Of a DNA stretch of 64,000 nucleotides, positions 51,736 through 64,000 are shown in pieces. Each line of letters begins with the position of its first letter. The first letter of the stretch is position 1. Origin of the DNA: Lytechinus pictus (Eukaryota); the NCBI RefSeq assembly GCF_037042905.1, contig NC_087250.1, positions 21,454,001-21,518,000 on the forward strand, written 5' to 3'. The notes beneath the pieces were generated by a model, which saw only the letters and a program-made list of their open reading frames with translations, was not told the DNA's origin and searched no databases. The translations under genes and the position numbers were made by a program.

Positions 51736-51875
51736 GCAAATTATTCACTTCCTCTATCTCCCTCTTTCCCCCCTTTTCTCAACATACATCCACGCACAAA
51801 ATCCAACACGATGCAATAATTTTACTTCGGGATGATTTTTTTTTTTTTTTTTTTTTTTGATAAATATATATATTT

Positions 51876-52062
51876 TTTTAAAAACAAGTCCACACCTAGT
51901 TACCAATAATGCATATAGCATTTCCATTTATTTGAAAGCATGATAAAATAGCATTTTAGATTAAATGCCTTGCTCACGGGCATAGGTGCCGCGGCCGGGG
52001 ATTGAACCACGGACTTTCCATGTATAGCCAGGCGCCTTAGACCACTCGGCCACGGCACCTCC
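51876..52062 (-). mobile_element. tRNA-derived SINE, near full length; further partial copies at about 49435-49600, 50465-50495, 50798-50950 and 51015-51155
   Basis: Minus strand GGTGCCGTGGCCGAGTGGTCTAAGGCGCC...GGTTCAATCCCC..GTGAGCAAGGCATTTAATC..GGTAACTAGGTGTG-ACTTG-A tail. Confidence 0.8.
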
Positions 52063-53038
52063 ACTTTTAGTCCTGTTATTGATCATTACAACACGCCCTC
52101 TCGCGCTCAAGATTAATTACTAATGCGTTCAGTAATTTTTACACAATAGCAATACACGAATAAGATTATGAATGTGGTACATCCTACTTCAACCATGAAT
52201 ACCTGAATGAAAAACTCTTTGATACAATTTTGTGAAATTGCTTGTGAAGGCTCTAACTTGTTTCAAACATCACAACACTGATTATTAAAATTGTATGAAA
52301 TGGCCGTCATACGTACGGAATGGTTTATATTAGTTGTTTGACATTGTCACATTGTGTCATATTGCGATTTAAAGATTTATGCGCGCGAATAGTACTGTTA
52401 TATTAAAAGAGCTAAACTCATTATTAATGTTTGTACATTTTCCATATGTCGTGGGTAGGACAGGAAAGAGCAGTCAAAACGCCAAAAGATTGAGTTGTAG
52501 TCGATCTTTTATTTTACAGCCAGATCAAAACGTCATGAAAACGAAACCAAAACGAACAAAAACCCTGCAAAGACATGATAAATACATAGTGCCACAAGGC
52601 AGTCATATTCTGTAATATAGATCTTAGTATTGCATCGATAATAATATATATATGTTTTGTAGTAAGCTTAAGTGTTTCAACAAATATGAAATTTATAATT
52701 TCTCTAAATTCAATTTGTAAATGATATTGAAATATTCAGCTATAGCAATACAAGTTATTCATTACCACCCTCATCTGTATCATCAAATCTGATAATGAAT
52801 AGACTGTATATCTCGAGAACATCGTCACCCCGAATGTGACATGAAAATCCTCTGACTTGTTTCTCAATCGTTACTTCCTTGTTATCCTCTGATAACACTC
52901 GTCATCTTACAAGGCAAGAGCAAAATAAATTTGGAAATAAAATCTAACTTGCAACCCTTACTCTTAACTCTTTAAACCTGAAATATCTCCTAAAAATAAA
53001 GTTAAATGAAATGCATTCTGGAGTTAGGCCTACACGTG

Positions 53039-53092
<54 letters not shown>

Positions 53093-53207
53093 CTCGAAAG
53101 TGTTCAATCAAATCCTCTATTGAATTTGATCGTAATGAAACATGTTCTAAAACCGAATTGTTTTAGACCGCTGAGAATTTCCAAACTACAAAAGCACTTT
53201 TTACATA

Positions 53208-54226
53208 GGGACCTTTCACACGTGAATCTTGAATCATTATTGCATTCATGATTGAAATTCGTCTTTAGAATCATACGACCTTTCACACGTCAATCGAAAA
53301 CTGTAATTTGAATTCCAATACTTTAGACCGGTTTAATAACATATTAAAACTTTATGCATACCAGTTTAACGAAGGTTGCCCCTAACAACCGGAAAGCTTG
53401 CCCGAAGTTTGCCCGAAATAGCGAAAACTAATGTATGCAAAGTGAATTCCATTTATTGAAATACCATTATTAGGTACAGGTTAATGGAATATATCGTTAC
53501 TAGGCCCCGAGGGAAGATACATCCATAAATTTGACATTAGTAAACCGGTCTATTCCGGCCAAACGAATGCGGTATACGTATGTCCTTGGTGACTTGTCAA
53601 TCAAAGCACTGCATCGATTCGATGAGTGCATGACAATTGTATTATCTACGGAAGTGCTTGAAAGGACACGTAAGCTCCGCCCCCGAAAGATGTTTTGGAG
53701 GTCAGACAAGCCTTTTACACCTAAAATTCGTACCGTCATTTTAGTGAAACTTAACTGGAATTCGCATCCGGAGTAGAATTTGAATTCGTGATTGTGATTA
53801 GCGTTTGTGATTCTAGTTTGGTTTCACATATGCTAAAAATTCGCCATTAGCCATAGTTTTCAATGGGATCATCATTCAAATTACGATTTTTTGCCGTGTG
53901 AAAGGGTGGGTTGAGTAAAAAAGATTACTGAGTGAAACGTCTCACATACTTGGCTGCCCAAGTGCATGCCGATCTACATGTTGAATACTTGCACCTGCTC
54001 TAAAAATGTATGCCGTTCAGAGAAACATTAATCGCCCTTTCACACGGTCAAAAAATCAAAATCTTGAATGTAAATGATTCCATTGAAAAATAGGGCTAAT
54101 GACGAATATTTAGCAGGTGTGAAACCAACCTAGAACATGATTAGAATCACGAACGATTATCACAGTCACGATTACAATAGCAATCATCATTATAATGATG
54201 ATTCAAGATTCACGTGTGAAAGGCCC
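53208..54226. mobile_element. PIF/Harbinger-like MITE with internal inverted blocks
   Basis: TIR GGGACCTTTCACACGTGAATCTTGAATCAT / ATGATTCAAGATTCACGTGTGAAAGGCCC. Confidence 0.8.
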
Positions 54227-55489
54227 TAAGTTAATACAAACAAATCTCTGCACCGTATTATCGTTGTTTTGCATACCCCTGTAGCTATCCTTCGAATCTC
54301 TGTAGCTATCCTTCGAATCTAATAATTAACGATCCGGTTTAAAGTGCACTGCAGTCTTATAAAGCAGTAACAAAAATGTAGGTCTGTACGTACAAGCAAG
54401 CATAATTCCAACCCCGACACTGAAAATTTCAACTTACACCACCACAAATATTTTCACGACTCATGAACTACTGGTAACGTGTTAATTGCTATGATTACAT
54501 CGCTATAAAAAATACACCATGTCCTGTAGTTCAAAACCATTATAACTTCAAACATTTGACAAGAAGTATGCATTTTCCAGAATTTTTTTTTTCTTCAGAT
54601 ATGTTATAAAATGTAATTCTCTGCTTTTATGACGAATAATTTTGTATAATTCATATTGAAAATTATATTTTATGAAAATTGAAAAATGAATGTTTATTTG
54701 AATTGAAAATATTAATCATATCCGCTTTTCTGCAATTATCAGACTGTCGGTTAAACTGTTACGTAATCGGTTCAATTTGTATTATGAACTCCACTGAAGT
54801 TTGAAAATGAGAACATTTATATTTATACTAATTTCATAATTATACATAAAATGTATAATCCATGTTACAAGCATATCGTATGCCGATATTTACTTTTTTT
54901 TATTTAACAGGGTAGCCCCATTAGTAGTGACAAGGCTGTTATACTAGGAGGCCCTGCATAACATAAAACACATATACAATACATAAATATACATGAAAAA
55001 ACCATCCAATGGTGATATGAAAGATCAGTACAACATTTTATTTGATGCTACTTGTCAACGAGTAATAATAGAAAACAAATATTTACAACATAATAGTTAT
55101 TGATGAATACAATACATTTTCATCTTTGGTTAAATTAAGATCAACGAAAATGCATGTATAATAAACAAACAGTTCATTTTAAGGCTACTAACAAATAAGT
55201 GTAAGAAGATAAAAGATATTCGGTAGGAGCAAATGGGGTCTAAACTAGTCATATTACTTATTATATTATAATAAGCTGCTTTCAGAAATAATATTAATGA
55301 ATATTATAGTAGCTTTCTCTACAAGATTGTGCAAAAAAACCATAAAGGCATGGAACATAGCAGTTGACTTGACGAGTTCTTGTGTTTTCAGCGTCTAAAT
55401 CCATTCCATGGCGTGGTACTATGAACCTGCTTGCATTAGGATATGATGGCGCATTTAGGATTCAGCTTCACTCTCATTATGCTCATCGC

Positions 55490-55537
55490 TCAATCGATGT
55501 AGGGAATGATGTAGGTTTCGTAATCAATAGAGTCATC
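55490..55537 (-). CDS. Terminal coding exon of the LRR/NLR-like gene (DDSIDYETYIIPYID*)
   Basis: Strong acceptor TTTTGTGTTTCGTTTTAG; phase 0 matches the preceding exon; TGA at 55492-55490; AATAAA at 55042-55037. Confidence 0.65.
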   Translation of the reverse strand, partial: DDSIDYETYIIPYID

Positions 55538-56583
55538 CTAAAACGAAACACAAAACAATATAAATGCCACCGAGATAAACAACATTTATTAGTGATGACA
55601 CATTTTTCAATTTGTATATAATTTTTAACGTAACGGGAACGGAGACTATTTTTTGGGTTGATATACATTGGTTTTGATAATTATACACCCCTTGTTTTTG
55701 TTGCCTAATTCATTTGGTTATAACCCTCGTCCAATTCGGAGCCCACGCCCATAGCCCAGGGAAGCGCAGGTGCTGGGTGCTGAAGCGCCCCAATATCTAT
55801 TTTATTTATTTATTTATTTATTTAATTTATTTATTGATTTAAATACTAATTTATTTATTATCATTATTATTACTTTTCTGGGGGGGGGGGGTGCTGTGTA
55901 TGTTATACACCATAGGCAATTCCCCCTGAAAACCACTTGGTGTGCAAATAAATGTAGAATTAACTTCTTGTAAAATACTTATTTCATCTAAAAAATAGTT
56001 CCCATGACCCTGTCCATTCCCCTTTTTATCAAATTTTCCTACCGTCCCCTATCTCGCTAATTTGTTTAATATATCTTCATTTCGTCTATATCTTTTTATT
56101 CGTCTGCCGGTTATTGCGCTTACAATTCTATTTATATAGTATCATTTTAATCTACAATATGATTATACGATCAGATAAATAATTTTCTTTTGATAAAATG
56201 GAAAAGCGAAATAAAGAATATTGGGAAAATAGGTTAGATGTTTGCTTCCTTTTGTTAATTTCGTTTCGATTTTCAATTTTTATTTTCACGGAACGATAAC
56301 GGGAAAAAATATAAACAAAACGAAACTTTTGTTTTGGTTTTAGCTATTGATTCTTCAATTCTTACTTTATTTTGGTGAAATGAAACTTAACTGGTCTAAA
56401 GGCACAGACACTTGTTCTTGTTTGCATAGTGCAGGGTCTGAAGCAGTTAGGCTAAAATCAATAAGTTCTGTGACCGACTCTACTCTCATTTCACGCAAGA
56501 TTGGGGTCAGTGCTTGCAGACTAATATCTTAATGGTCATTTCTGGGGTTATCCTTACTTTGATCTTGTTTCTAGAAATTGGAA

Positions 56584-58428
56584 ACTTAGTCCCTCCTAAA
56601 TCAAAATGCTGTAATTTTGAATGGAATAATTTTGAGATAGGCCTATAATATTTCGTAGGTGGTTTTCTAGAGTCATAAAGCAACTCTTGGGGAAAATGAA
56701 ATTGATCGGTTGAGTCATGCATGCATGGGTAATCAAAGATTGAATTAAAATTTACATTTTTTTACAGTCACAAGAGTAGTTTATCAGATTATGTAAATGC
56801 AAAGTCGGGCGAATGCTTTTCTGTTGTGGTGAGTTTTACGGTGCTAATGATGTTTCGCTATCCATCATTTAGCCACTCCACACAAAATTTTGATAGCGTC
56901 TGTTCATTGTTGAGCACATTTTTTTGTGACGGATCATTATAGGGTTTTAAAGTAGTATCCTACATAACTTAAAAAATACATGTTAAAATTGAAAAGCGTT
57001 AGTGGCTCCCCTTCCCCAAATTCTCGGCCCCTCCCCATTTTCAAATTCTGAATCCACCACTGATTTGTCCTTAAATTTAACTGATCCTGATAAATTGTTA
57101 GGAAAGGGATGCATTTATGCTACATAAAGAGTATTCATTCCTAAGTTTTCAAGTGTAAAAACTTCAGAAACCGTGTGGTGATACAAATGATGGAAGATAA
57201 AACCAACAGCAAATAATTCACATATGTAACGGAATTTGCCCCTTTGTCTTTTTATATCCCCTAAAATAACTGCGACATTGAAAATGCAATATTTTCCTCT
57301 TTGATTCGTGCTCATCATCCATAAATAAACAAATGGATTTCATTTTTGCACAGAATTCCGCCCACAGGTTGATAAACATTTCTGTCAAATGACATTGATA
57401 AAGACAGCTTTGAAAGAAAGTTCCACCATATTAAATTAGGGGTTACTCATTCTTAAACATTTTCACCCATAGTGTACAAAATGTCTATGACAGAGGAAAC
57501 CAACATTTTAATAAAAGTGAAATGAGGGTTTGTTTCATGGACGGTTTTTGTTACTTTTGCCAATAGTTTTTTCACGAAACTTCGCCCATTGCTTCAGACT
57601 GACACTATCCAAAAAGTGCGCACACTAAAATAATCATTTGATACCTCACAGAGTGGGAACAAGGCCTTGAACTTTTTTCTCCTTTGCATAATTTTCGAAT
57701 ATAGTGTCCTCACTGAAGCATAAGGCACTGGGATTTCATAAAAAAAATCATATCAAAGAACTATGCAAGAAGGTTTGTGACAGATATCCATAGTAAGCAA
57801 TTGCATTTTTCCCAATAAAGTAAAAATAAAGAGCTATTCACATTCCACATGTTCATTCAAGCGGTAATGTTTAATTAGCCTTTGAACATGTTGAATCATT
57901 GAAACATTTAATTTGTCATGAACGTAACAAAAAGAAGTTGATACGATAATTTCATTTCCCAAAATAAAATGTTCTTGCCTATGTAATTTGTTAAAGATAC
58001 TCTTCCAAAAATAATTGTCATCTTGTCATCATATTTGAACTTTTTTATCGATAGAAATGTGTAAAAAATCCAATTATAGGAAATTTTGACTTGTATTTAT
58101 TCAACCGTGAAATTTAGCCAAAAAAAAGTTATACGGTCTTTTAGAAAGTATATTTTTCAAGCCATCTGACGATTTTTCGTGATGAGAATGTAGAATTCGT
58201 TCCAATAAAATGGAATCAGTCATGATATTTGGCTCACGACTTTTAAAAAGTGACAATTTTGCCTCCTGACGGTGCTCACTAAAGCATGGCATAAAGTACG
58301 TACGTAACATTCACTCTGAGGGTAGCTTATAAAATTACCTACACGCTCATGTAAAAATATATCGACCTCTCTCAGTGGTTCGAAAATTATTGATGTTTGT
58401 CTAAGGAGGGACTCACTTTTTGTTGTGT
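56584..58428. mobile_element. Second, diverged copy of the ~2-kb Tc1/mariner-type element, intronic
   Basis: Colinear with 20834-22911; right end GGGACTCACTTTTTGTTGTG|TA; left end clipped. Confidence 0.85.
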
Positions 58429-60627
58429 ATTATTTCAACTCTGCTTTCTTTTCCTATTTTCTTCCCAAAGAGGTAAAAGAATGTCTTTCGTTTTGCAATG
58501 TTGCTCATTTTTTCGCATTTAAAATGTAAACAAAAAAGTTTGGACTGCATTCTTTTCTGTGGTGATTAGTTTTGGTAATTGGTAAGCTAATAAAAATAAG
58601 ACAGGTAGGAAATCGTGCACTCCATGCCCGAAAAAAAAATACGAGTAAGGAATTATCAATGTCTTATATAATATAACAAAATAAATGGCGTAATCCTTGT
58701 AATGATTAAAATCTTTTGATAATTATCTCATTCATCGGGGGTATGTAATTTTCTGAGTAATTTACACAGGAGTGAAAAAGAGAAAGAAAGGATTTTAAAA
58801 AGTATTTTGGCTGACAGTGTCTGAATTTTAAGACGAAAACAACATCACATGTCCTGAAGATACCATAGTTGTTGTTTCTCACTGGAAATGACAATCGATT
58901 GAAAAAAGGATAACGAGTGGTAATATTCTATTTGTTTCATATAATATTGTATTTACATGGTTATATTTAATCGAATGTTTATTTACCGATGGCCTGTTGT
59001 AGTTATTGCCTATAATGTAGATTTTCTACGATCATCACACAATGTATCAATTTACGTTTTTTTATGGGGCATCGTAGGCCGCCACACGCTATAATTTGTG
59101 TGTGTGTGTGTGCGTTTATATTGTTTAAAGTCATCATATGAATTTACATGCTTGACATCGTAGATGGCGAAATAAAAGCCACCGTGAGACAACGATCGTT
59201 ATAACAAAGTAAGCATCACCAATCAAGCATCCTTAAGTTCGCTGTTCGTTACAACATAATTATGCAATTTGCAAGTCATGATTGTGATCGAGTTATGACT
59301 TCCATTTTCCTCCCTCATGTTAATAAGCCTGTTCACGGTTGTAAACTGCGCACGAGCAGAAAAAGGTCATTGGAGACAACCATGAAGGCGGCTTTCAAAT
59401 TCACTGACATAGGCATTTGTGATTTGATGATTATTCATGTATTCCTTTCAAAATATTTATCACATCCAAGCTGAAGAGTAATAAATAGAGCCTTCATAAT
59501 CACTGATATTTGACAGTAGCCTAAACAATAGTCAAATGTGCCAAAGGCAGACAATAAAACAGATTTCCAAACTTTATCCCTGATGTAGGCCTACTATTCT
59601 AGTCACCTGGTCTATACAATGCCTTTTGTTCTTAAAATTTGAATACTCTACCGGTAAAGCTTACGCAACATCTACATTTCAAAATGATAGTGCTTATCCT
59701 AATGAAAAATCACAAAGGTCATTTGAGAAAAGTTGATCATGAGCTAACCGTGAACTGGCTTATTATATAGCGCTTGGTACCTACGACGTTTTAATGGTAT
59801 AGGATCGGTTAAAGGTTAACTCGCATAAAGGGAATAATTATATATGGTGCATTGGACCGACTACGATAAGAAATAGCCAAATTTACGTATTCTGACTTTT
59901 CCCCCTTTCCCTTCCTTCATCTCATTTTCCCCGTTTGACCTTTTCTTACATGAAATATACAGCAAAGTATATGTTAAATCGTGATCACATGTTTCTTCCA
60001 CATTCCCGGCATTTACTGGGTGCTTTTTGTTGTCTTATTTAATAAAATAAAAAAACATGGTTCACTTCTTCATTGTCATTGGAGTATGCTAAGAATTAAG
60101 GGTAAAATTAAATAACGCGTTTTGACTGCTTTCAATTTAATTTATATCACATTTGCGTAAGACGGCAATACATACAACTACAGTGATAAAAGGCATATAA
60201 TACATAAGATCAAACAAAATACCGAGAATACAAATGTGTGGAAACTAACAAAGGCCAACGGCATATCGAAGGCAAATCCCTAACGGTTGCAAACAGAAAA
60301 AACGTGTTTAAAACAGAACCAACCTAGGCAAAGACTAACACACAAAAAAAAAAAAAAAAAAAAAATTATCATAAATTCGTGAATTTTTGAGAAACAATTC
60401 ACGAATTTATCAGAAATTCTATATATTTTCGTTGAAAAGAGTTGAGTGAATTATGAATCAGAGATGAGCTACTACTACACATTAGATTTCAAATTGCATT
60501 AATTTAATATTTCACTGTTGGATTATCTTTCGATTTATCCTGACACGTACATAATTTACCACCAATAATGATACTAGTGTGTCAATTATGTGGTATTGAA
60601 ATGTGTAGAAGCAGAGCAGTGACTTAC

Positions 60628-60721
60628 ATGGGAAACATACACGCGGAGATCGTTGGGTGATTTAGTGTGAAGGCGCTGGAGGTGAGAATCCACCCTACCA
60701 TTCGACATCGTCCCACAGTAC
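60628..60721 (-). CDS. Internal exon of the LRR/NLR-like gene (YCGTMSNGRVDSHLQRLHTKSPNDLRVYVSH)
   Basis: CAG acceptor, GTAAGT donor, 94 nt, open in the phase left by the upstream exon. Confidence 0.8.
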
Positions 60722-61984
60722 CTGAGGCTATATTCATGAAAGAAAGTCATGGGTGCAAGAAATCACAATAATATGGGGAATGCTTATCAAAAAGTATTTG
60801 CGTGTCTTGTAAATATATTTTATTTTTGAGGTGGATATGCTTGTAATACTGGAATGTGTCGTTTGGATTGAATAATTTTTGTTTACTCTTCCCTTCGGAA
60901 ATCAACATTAATACTTTATAATGCAAAAGTGTTTGAAACATTATTCCCTTTGGAGTTAGCGCATTGCAAGATTCCATGAGAGTTTGCAATAACGGATATC
61001 AAGATCATGGTTCTCCAAATATCATTTCAAATTGAAACGCGATTTGTGTGCAAGTGTCATGTATGTTGAACATGCGTTTCGGCGACCACCTCACCCTAAC
61101 AAATGTAATTGTTTGGCCTGCAGTTAACGTGAGATGATTGTGACGAAGTGAATTTACTCAAACGAGTTTAAATGAATACATTTTGAGAATTGTATTGGTC
61201 GACTTGGTGACAAATATAATAAATAAAAATGCAATACTCTTCATCTGTTTAACAAAATGCCATTTTAAAGCATGATGTGCTGATAAATTATGGCTTTGTC
61301 GTTTAATTTGCTAAATGATGGGGGTGGCACTTAGGGCCATTTTCAAAGAAGTTAAAACAGAATTACCGAGAGAGGGAGCTCGATATCCCCGAAGGTGACA
61401 TTCTGATTGTCAGATCACTTTCATAAGATTAATAAATTAATGATATAATAATAACAGTCCATATTCAATATAATAACTTTACCAAAATGGAACTATTTGT
61501 TCTGAGATGTACATTTCAATGTTGTGATAAGACAAACATATTAATCCCTCTTCGTCCAACTCTTTTAAGTAAATCTTAAAGGAAAAATCCGACCTTTTTC
61601 GAAATACTATAATTGTCACGTGTTTGATATTGTTTTAGAAGAGTTTTCAATTTAAGCTTAATAAGTTTGAATCATTTTGATTAACACAAGTACACATTAA
61701 TATTTTATGAAAATGATGCAAATACAATATTGAGAGAAATTGGGGGAAATACACCAACGTATCGAGTATTCAATATTTTGAATTTGGAAATAACAAATAG
61801 TATTAATCTGTTTTTTCAATTGTGGTATTTAATGTTTACACAAATTCTGTAATTGGTTTAATAGTTTAAGAAGCTGAAATGTTAGCCCTGGTTCAAATTA
61901 GTTACAGGGGGATTTCTTGTAATGTTAACGCTTTTGATTGATGTACCTTAATGATAACAAATACTGTTTAAAGCAAGAACCTAC

Positions 61985-62487
61985 CCTACGCCCTTCATCG
62001 TTTTCACATGTCTGCAGCATTCAATGAGATAAACCAAGTCACCCTCGTCTGTACACTTCACCCTGTACAGAGTGAGATACTTCAGGTTCTTGGTATGTTC
62101 CTTGATGAGCAGACCCAGTCCTCTCATTGTCTTGCTTGATACATGACTCTTCTCTAATGGAAGTGAGTACAGAGTGCGAAGGATAATGTGTTTGAGATTT
62201 TGTCCTCCAGTCCGACGAAGACCAGCCATGATAAAGGCTATGTCTCCCTCTGCATCATCGATAGTGATAATAATATATACCAAAGCAGGGAGTGATGAGA
62301 TCAGACCTTCATAGCATTGTGACGTCACTCTCTTAGTTGATAGCTCTGTGATGGATGGTAGCTCAGGAGGAGATGGAGGGAAATTGATAGATGAGTCTGA
62401 GATGGTGAGATGGTTCAGTGAGGTGAAGGATCTCAGACAGGACCACACTCTCGTAGTCATCTCAGGAGACAATTGACATTTGGTCAT
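61985..62487 (-). CDS. Large internal exon encoding degenerate leucine-rich repeats; likely C-terminal region of an NLR-like immune protein. The 5' part of the gene lies beyond the window
   Basis: Acceptor TTTTCATTTTTTCTTCAG at 62488; donor GTAGGT at 61984; LxxLxxLxI patterns (FTSLNHLTIS, LPALVYIII, TKNLKYLTL). The NLR assignment is inferred; no NACHT domain is visible here. Confidence 0.75.
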
Positions 62488-63412
62488 CTGAAGAAAAAAT
62501 GAAAATAAATGTGTGTATATATTGAAAATAATGTAAAATGAATTATAAAATGTTTTTCAAGTGTAATTATCATTCATTATTTAAAGGGTGGATAAATGTT
62601 GCAGGTATTAACAAATTGAGTAGTATATATCGCTAGTTAGTAAAAGAGAATGATGGCTTTATAGATTTAATCTTTAGATATCTCGAAACGTTTTATTTCG
62701 GCGAGAAAAATGTAATGTCCTTATTTCGAGATATGTTCTGCCCGTTCACTCACACAATAAAGATTACTTTATTGAGTTTACATTTTTTGCATTTGAAATT
62801 TCATAAAACATTGCACTAATCTCTTCATATAACTCTTGCTTTAACTTCCAGGAAAAAAAACACACAACACGATTTTTTAAGTCTCTTTTGTGTGATTGGT
62901 AATTTGTTAACAGATGGTCGATGTTTGTTATGTTATTTTAGCAGCTACTTAACGTTTGGTACTGAGCCCTAGTTTAAACCAGCATGACGAAATGATTTTG
63001 AACTATTGCAAATTTTTTTCAGTTTCATTTTACGAGGGAAGCCCCTTCAGTTACGAGAATAATTTGGTGAATCTCCCCCCCCCCCAAAAAAAAAAAAAAA
63101 GAATAAGTAAAACGATAAATAAATAGATAAATAGAATGCATGAAAAAAGGAAATATCGTAAAAGGTATATGTTGATTCCCTGGCACATATCTCGAACGGG
63201 GAAAATAGAACATATTACACTGATTGATCCTGTATATTCCTGTGGTAGTCAAACTGTATTAACAGTTTTAAAAGGGAAGTTGACCTTGACAAAAGTTTAT
63301 TGCAAAAATAGCCAAAAAGATTAAAGAAAAGTATTGGCAGATTTTTTGTTGTTGAAAAATCCATGAAAGAGTAAAAAAATTATTAGAATTTTAATTATTT
63401 GATTTGTGACGT

Positions 63413-64000
63413 CAGGCGCGGATCCAAAGGGGGGGGGCCGAGGGGGCCTTGCCCCCCCCCCCCCCCTTTGGCTAAAAAAAAAGAAGAGAGGGAAAGACAG
63501 AGAAAAAAGAGGGGAAAGAAAAGAAAAAAAAAGGAAGAGGGGGAGAAAGGGAAAAAAAAAAGAGAGAGGAAAAGGGGGGAAAGAAAAGAGGAAAGGAGAG
63601 AGGGAGAGGGGGAAAGGAAAAGGAGAAAAAAAAAGAGAGAGGAAGAAGGAGGAAAGAAGAGAAGAGAGAGAAAGGGGAAAAGAAGAGGGGAAAAGAGAGA
63701 GGAAGAGGGGGAAGGAAGAAGAGGAGAAAAAAGAGAGAGGAAAGGGGGAAAGAAAAGAAGAAAAAGGGAAGAGGGGGGAAGAAAGGGAAGGAAAAGGGGA
63801 AAGAAAGAGAAGGAAAAGGAGAGGGAAAGGAAAAAGAGAAAAAAAGAGAGAGAGGGGAAAGGAAGAGAAGAAAAAGAGAGAGAGGAAAAAGAGGAAAGAA
63901 AAGGAGAAAAAAGAGGGAGAGAAGAAAAGGGAGGGGGAGGGAGAGGGGGAAGAAAAAAGAGGAAGAGGGGAAAGAAAAGGAGAAAAGGGAGAGAGAGGAA
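63413..64000. mobile_element. Left end of a hAT-like MITE (CAGGCGCGGATCCA) with a long polypurine tract, inserted in a TTAA-type MITE starting about 63270
   Basis: Terminus resembles 16085; 63499-64000 contains only A and G. Confidence 0.65.

Noticed and set aside
51985..52059. Functional tRNA gene on the minus strand
   Set aside because: No proper anticodon arm, and it continues into a SINE body and A tail.
56365..56570. Extra exon of the LRR gene on the minus strand
   Set aside because: Weak acceptor abutting a transposon end and an early in-frame TAA; the 55537 exon has a much better acceptor and a downstream poly(A) signal.

Overview
AT-rich, repeat-dense eukaryotic DNA, not prokaryotic. 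The repeat families and the LRR-type gene suggest an echinoderm, probably a sea urchin (inference). Almost all ORFs in the supplied track are spurious. Host genes: the last three exons of a minus-strand LRR/NLR-like gene (62487-61985, 60721-60628, 55537-55490; frame-consistent splicing) and a possible spliced transcript with little coding capacity on the minus strand at about 5.5-7.9 kb. The rest is nested transposons: Kolobok-like (TTAA), hAT-like, Tc1/mariner-like, PIF/Harbinger-like and CACTA-like MITEs, three Helentron-type elements with ~163-bp internal satellites, CR1/L2, L1/Tx1 and RTE LINE remnants, and tRNA-SINEs. A three-unit tandem segmental duplication (about 9.5-29.6 kb) supplies empty and filled insertion sites. 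Best leads: (1) a chimeric SINE with a 7SL (Alu-domain) head, a tRNA T-arm remnant and a Deu-like domain at 50190-50372; (2) a cleanly folding 72-nt tRNA-like gene with a UCA (opal-stop-reading) anticodon and T6 terminator inside the inverted repeat of a TGT...ACA DNA transposon (33195-33829); (3) a 3.2-kb composite foldback element and a templated, template-switched copy of it nearby. All calls were made by eye; no searches were run.
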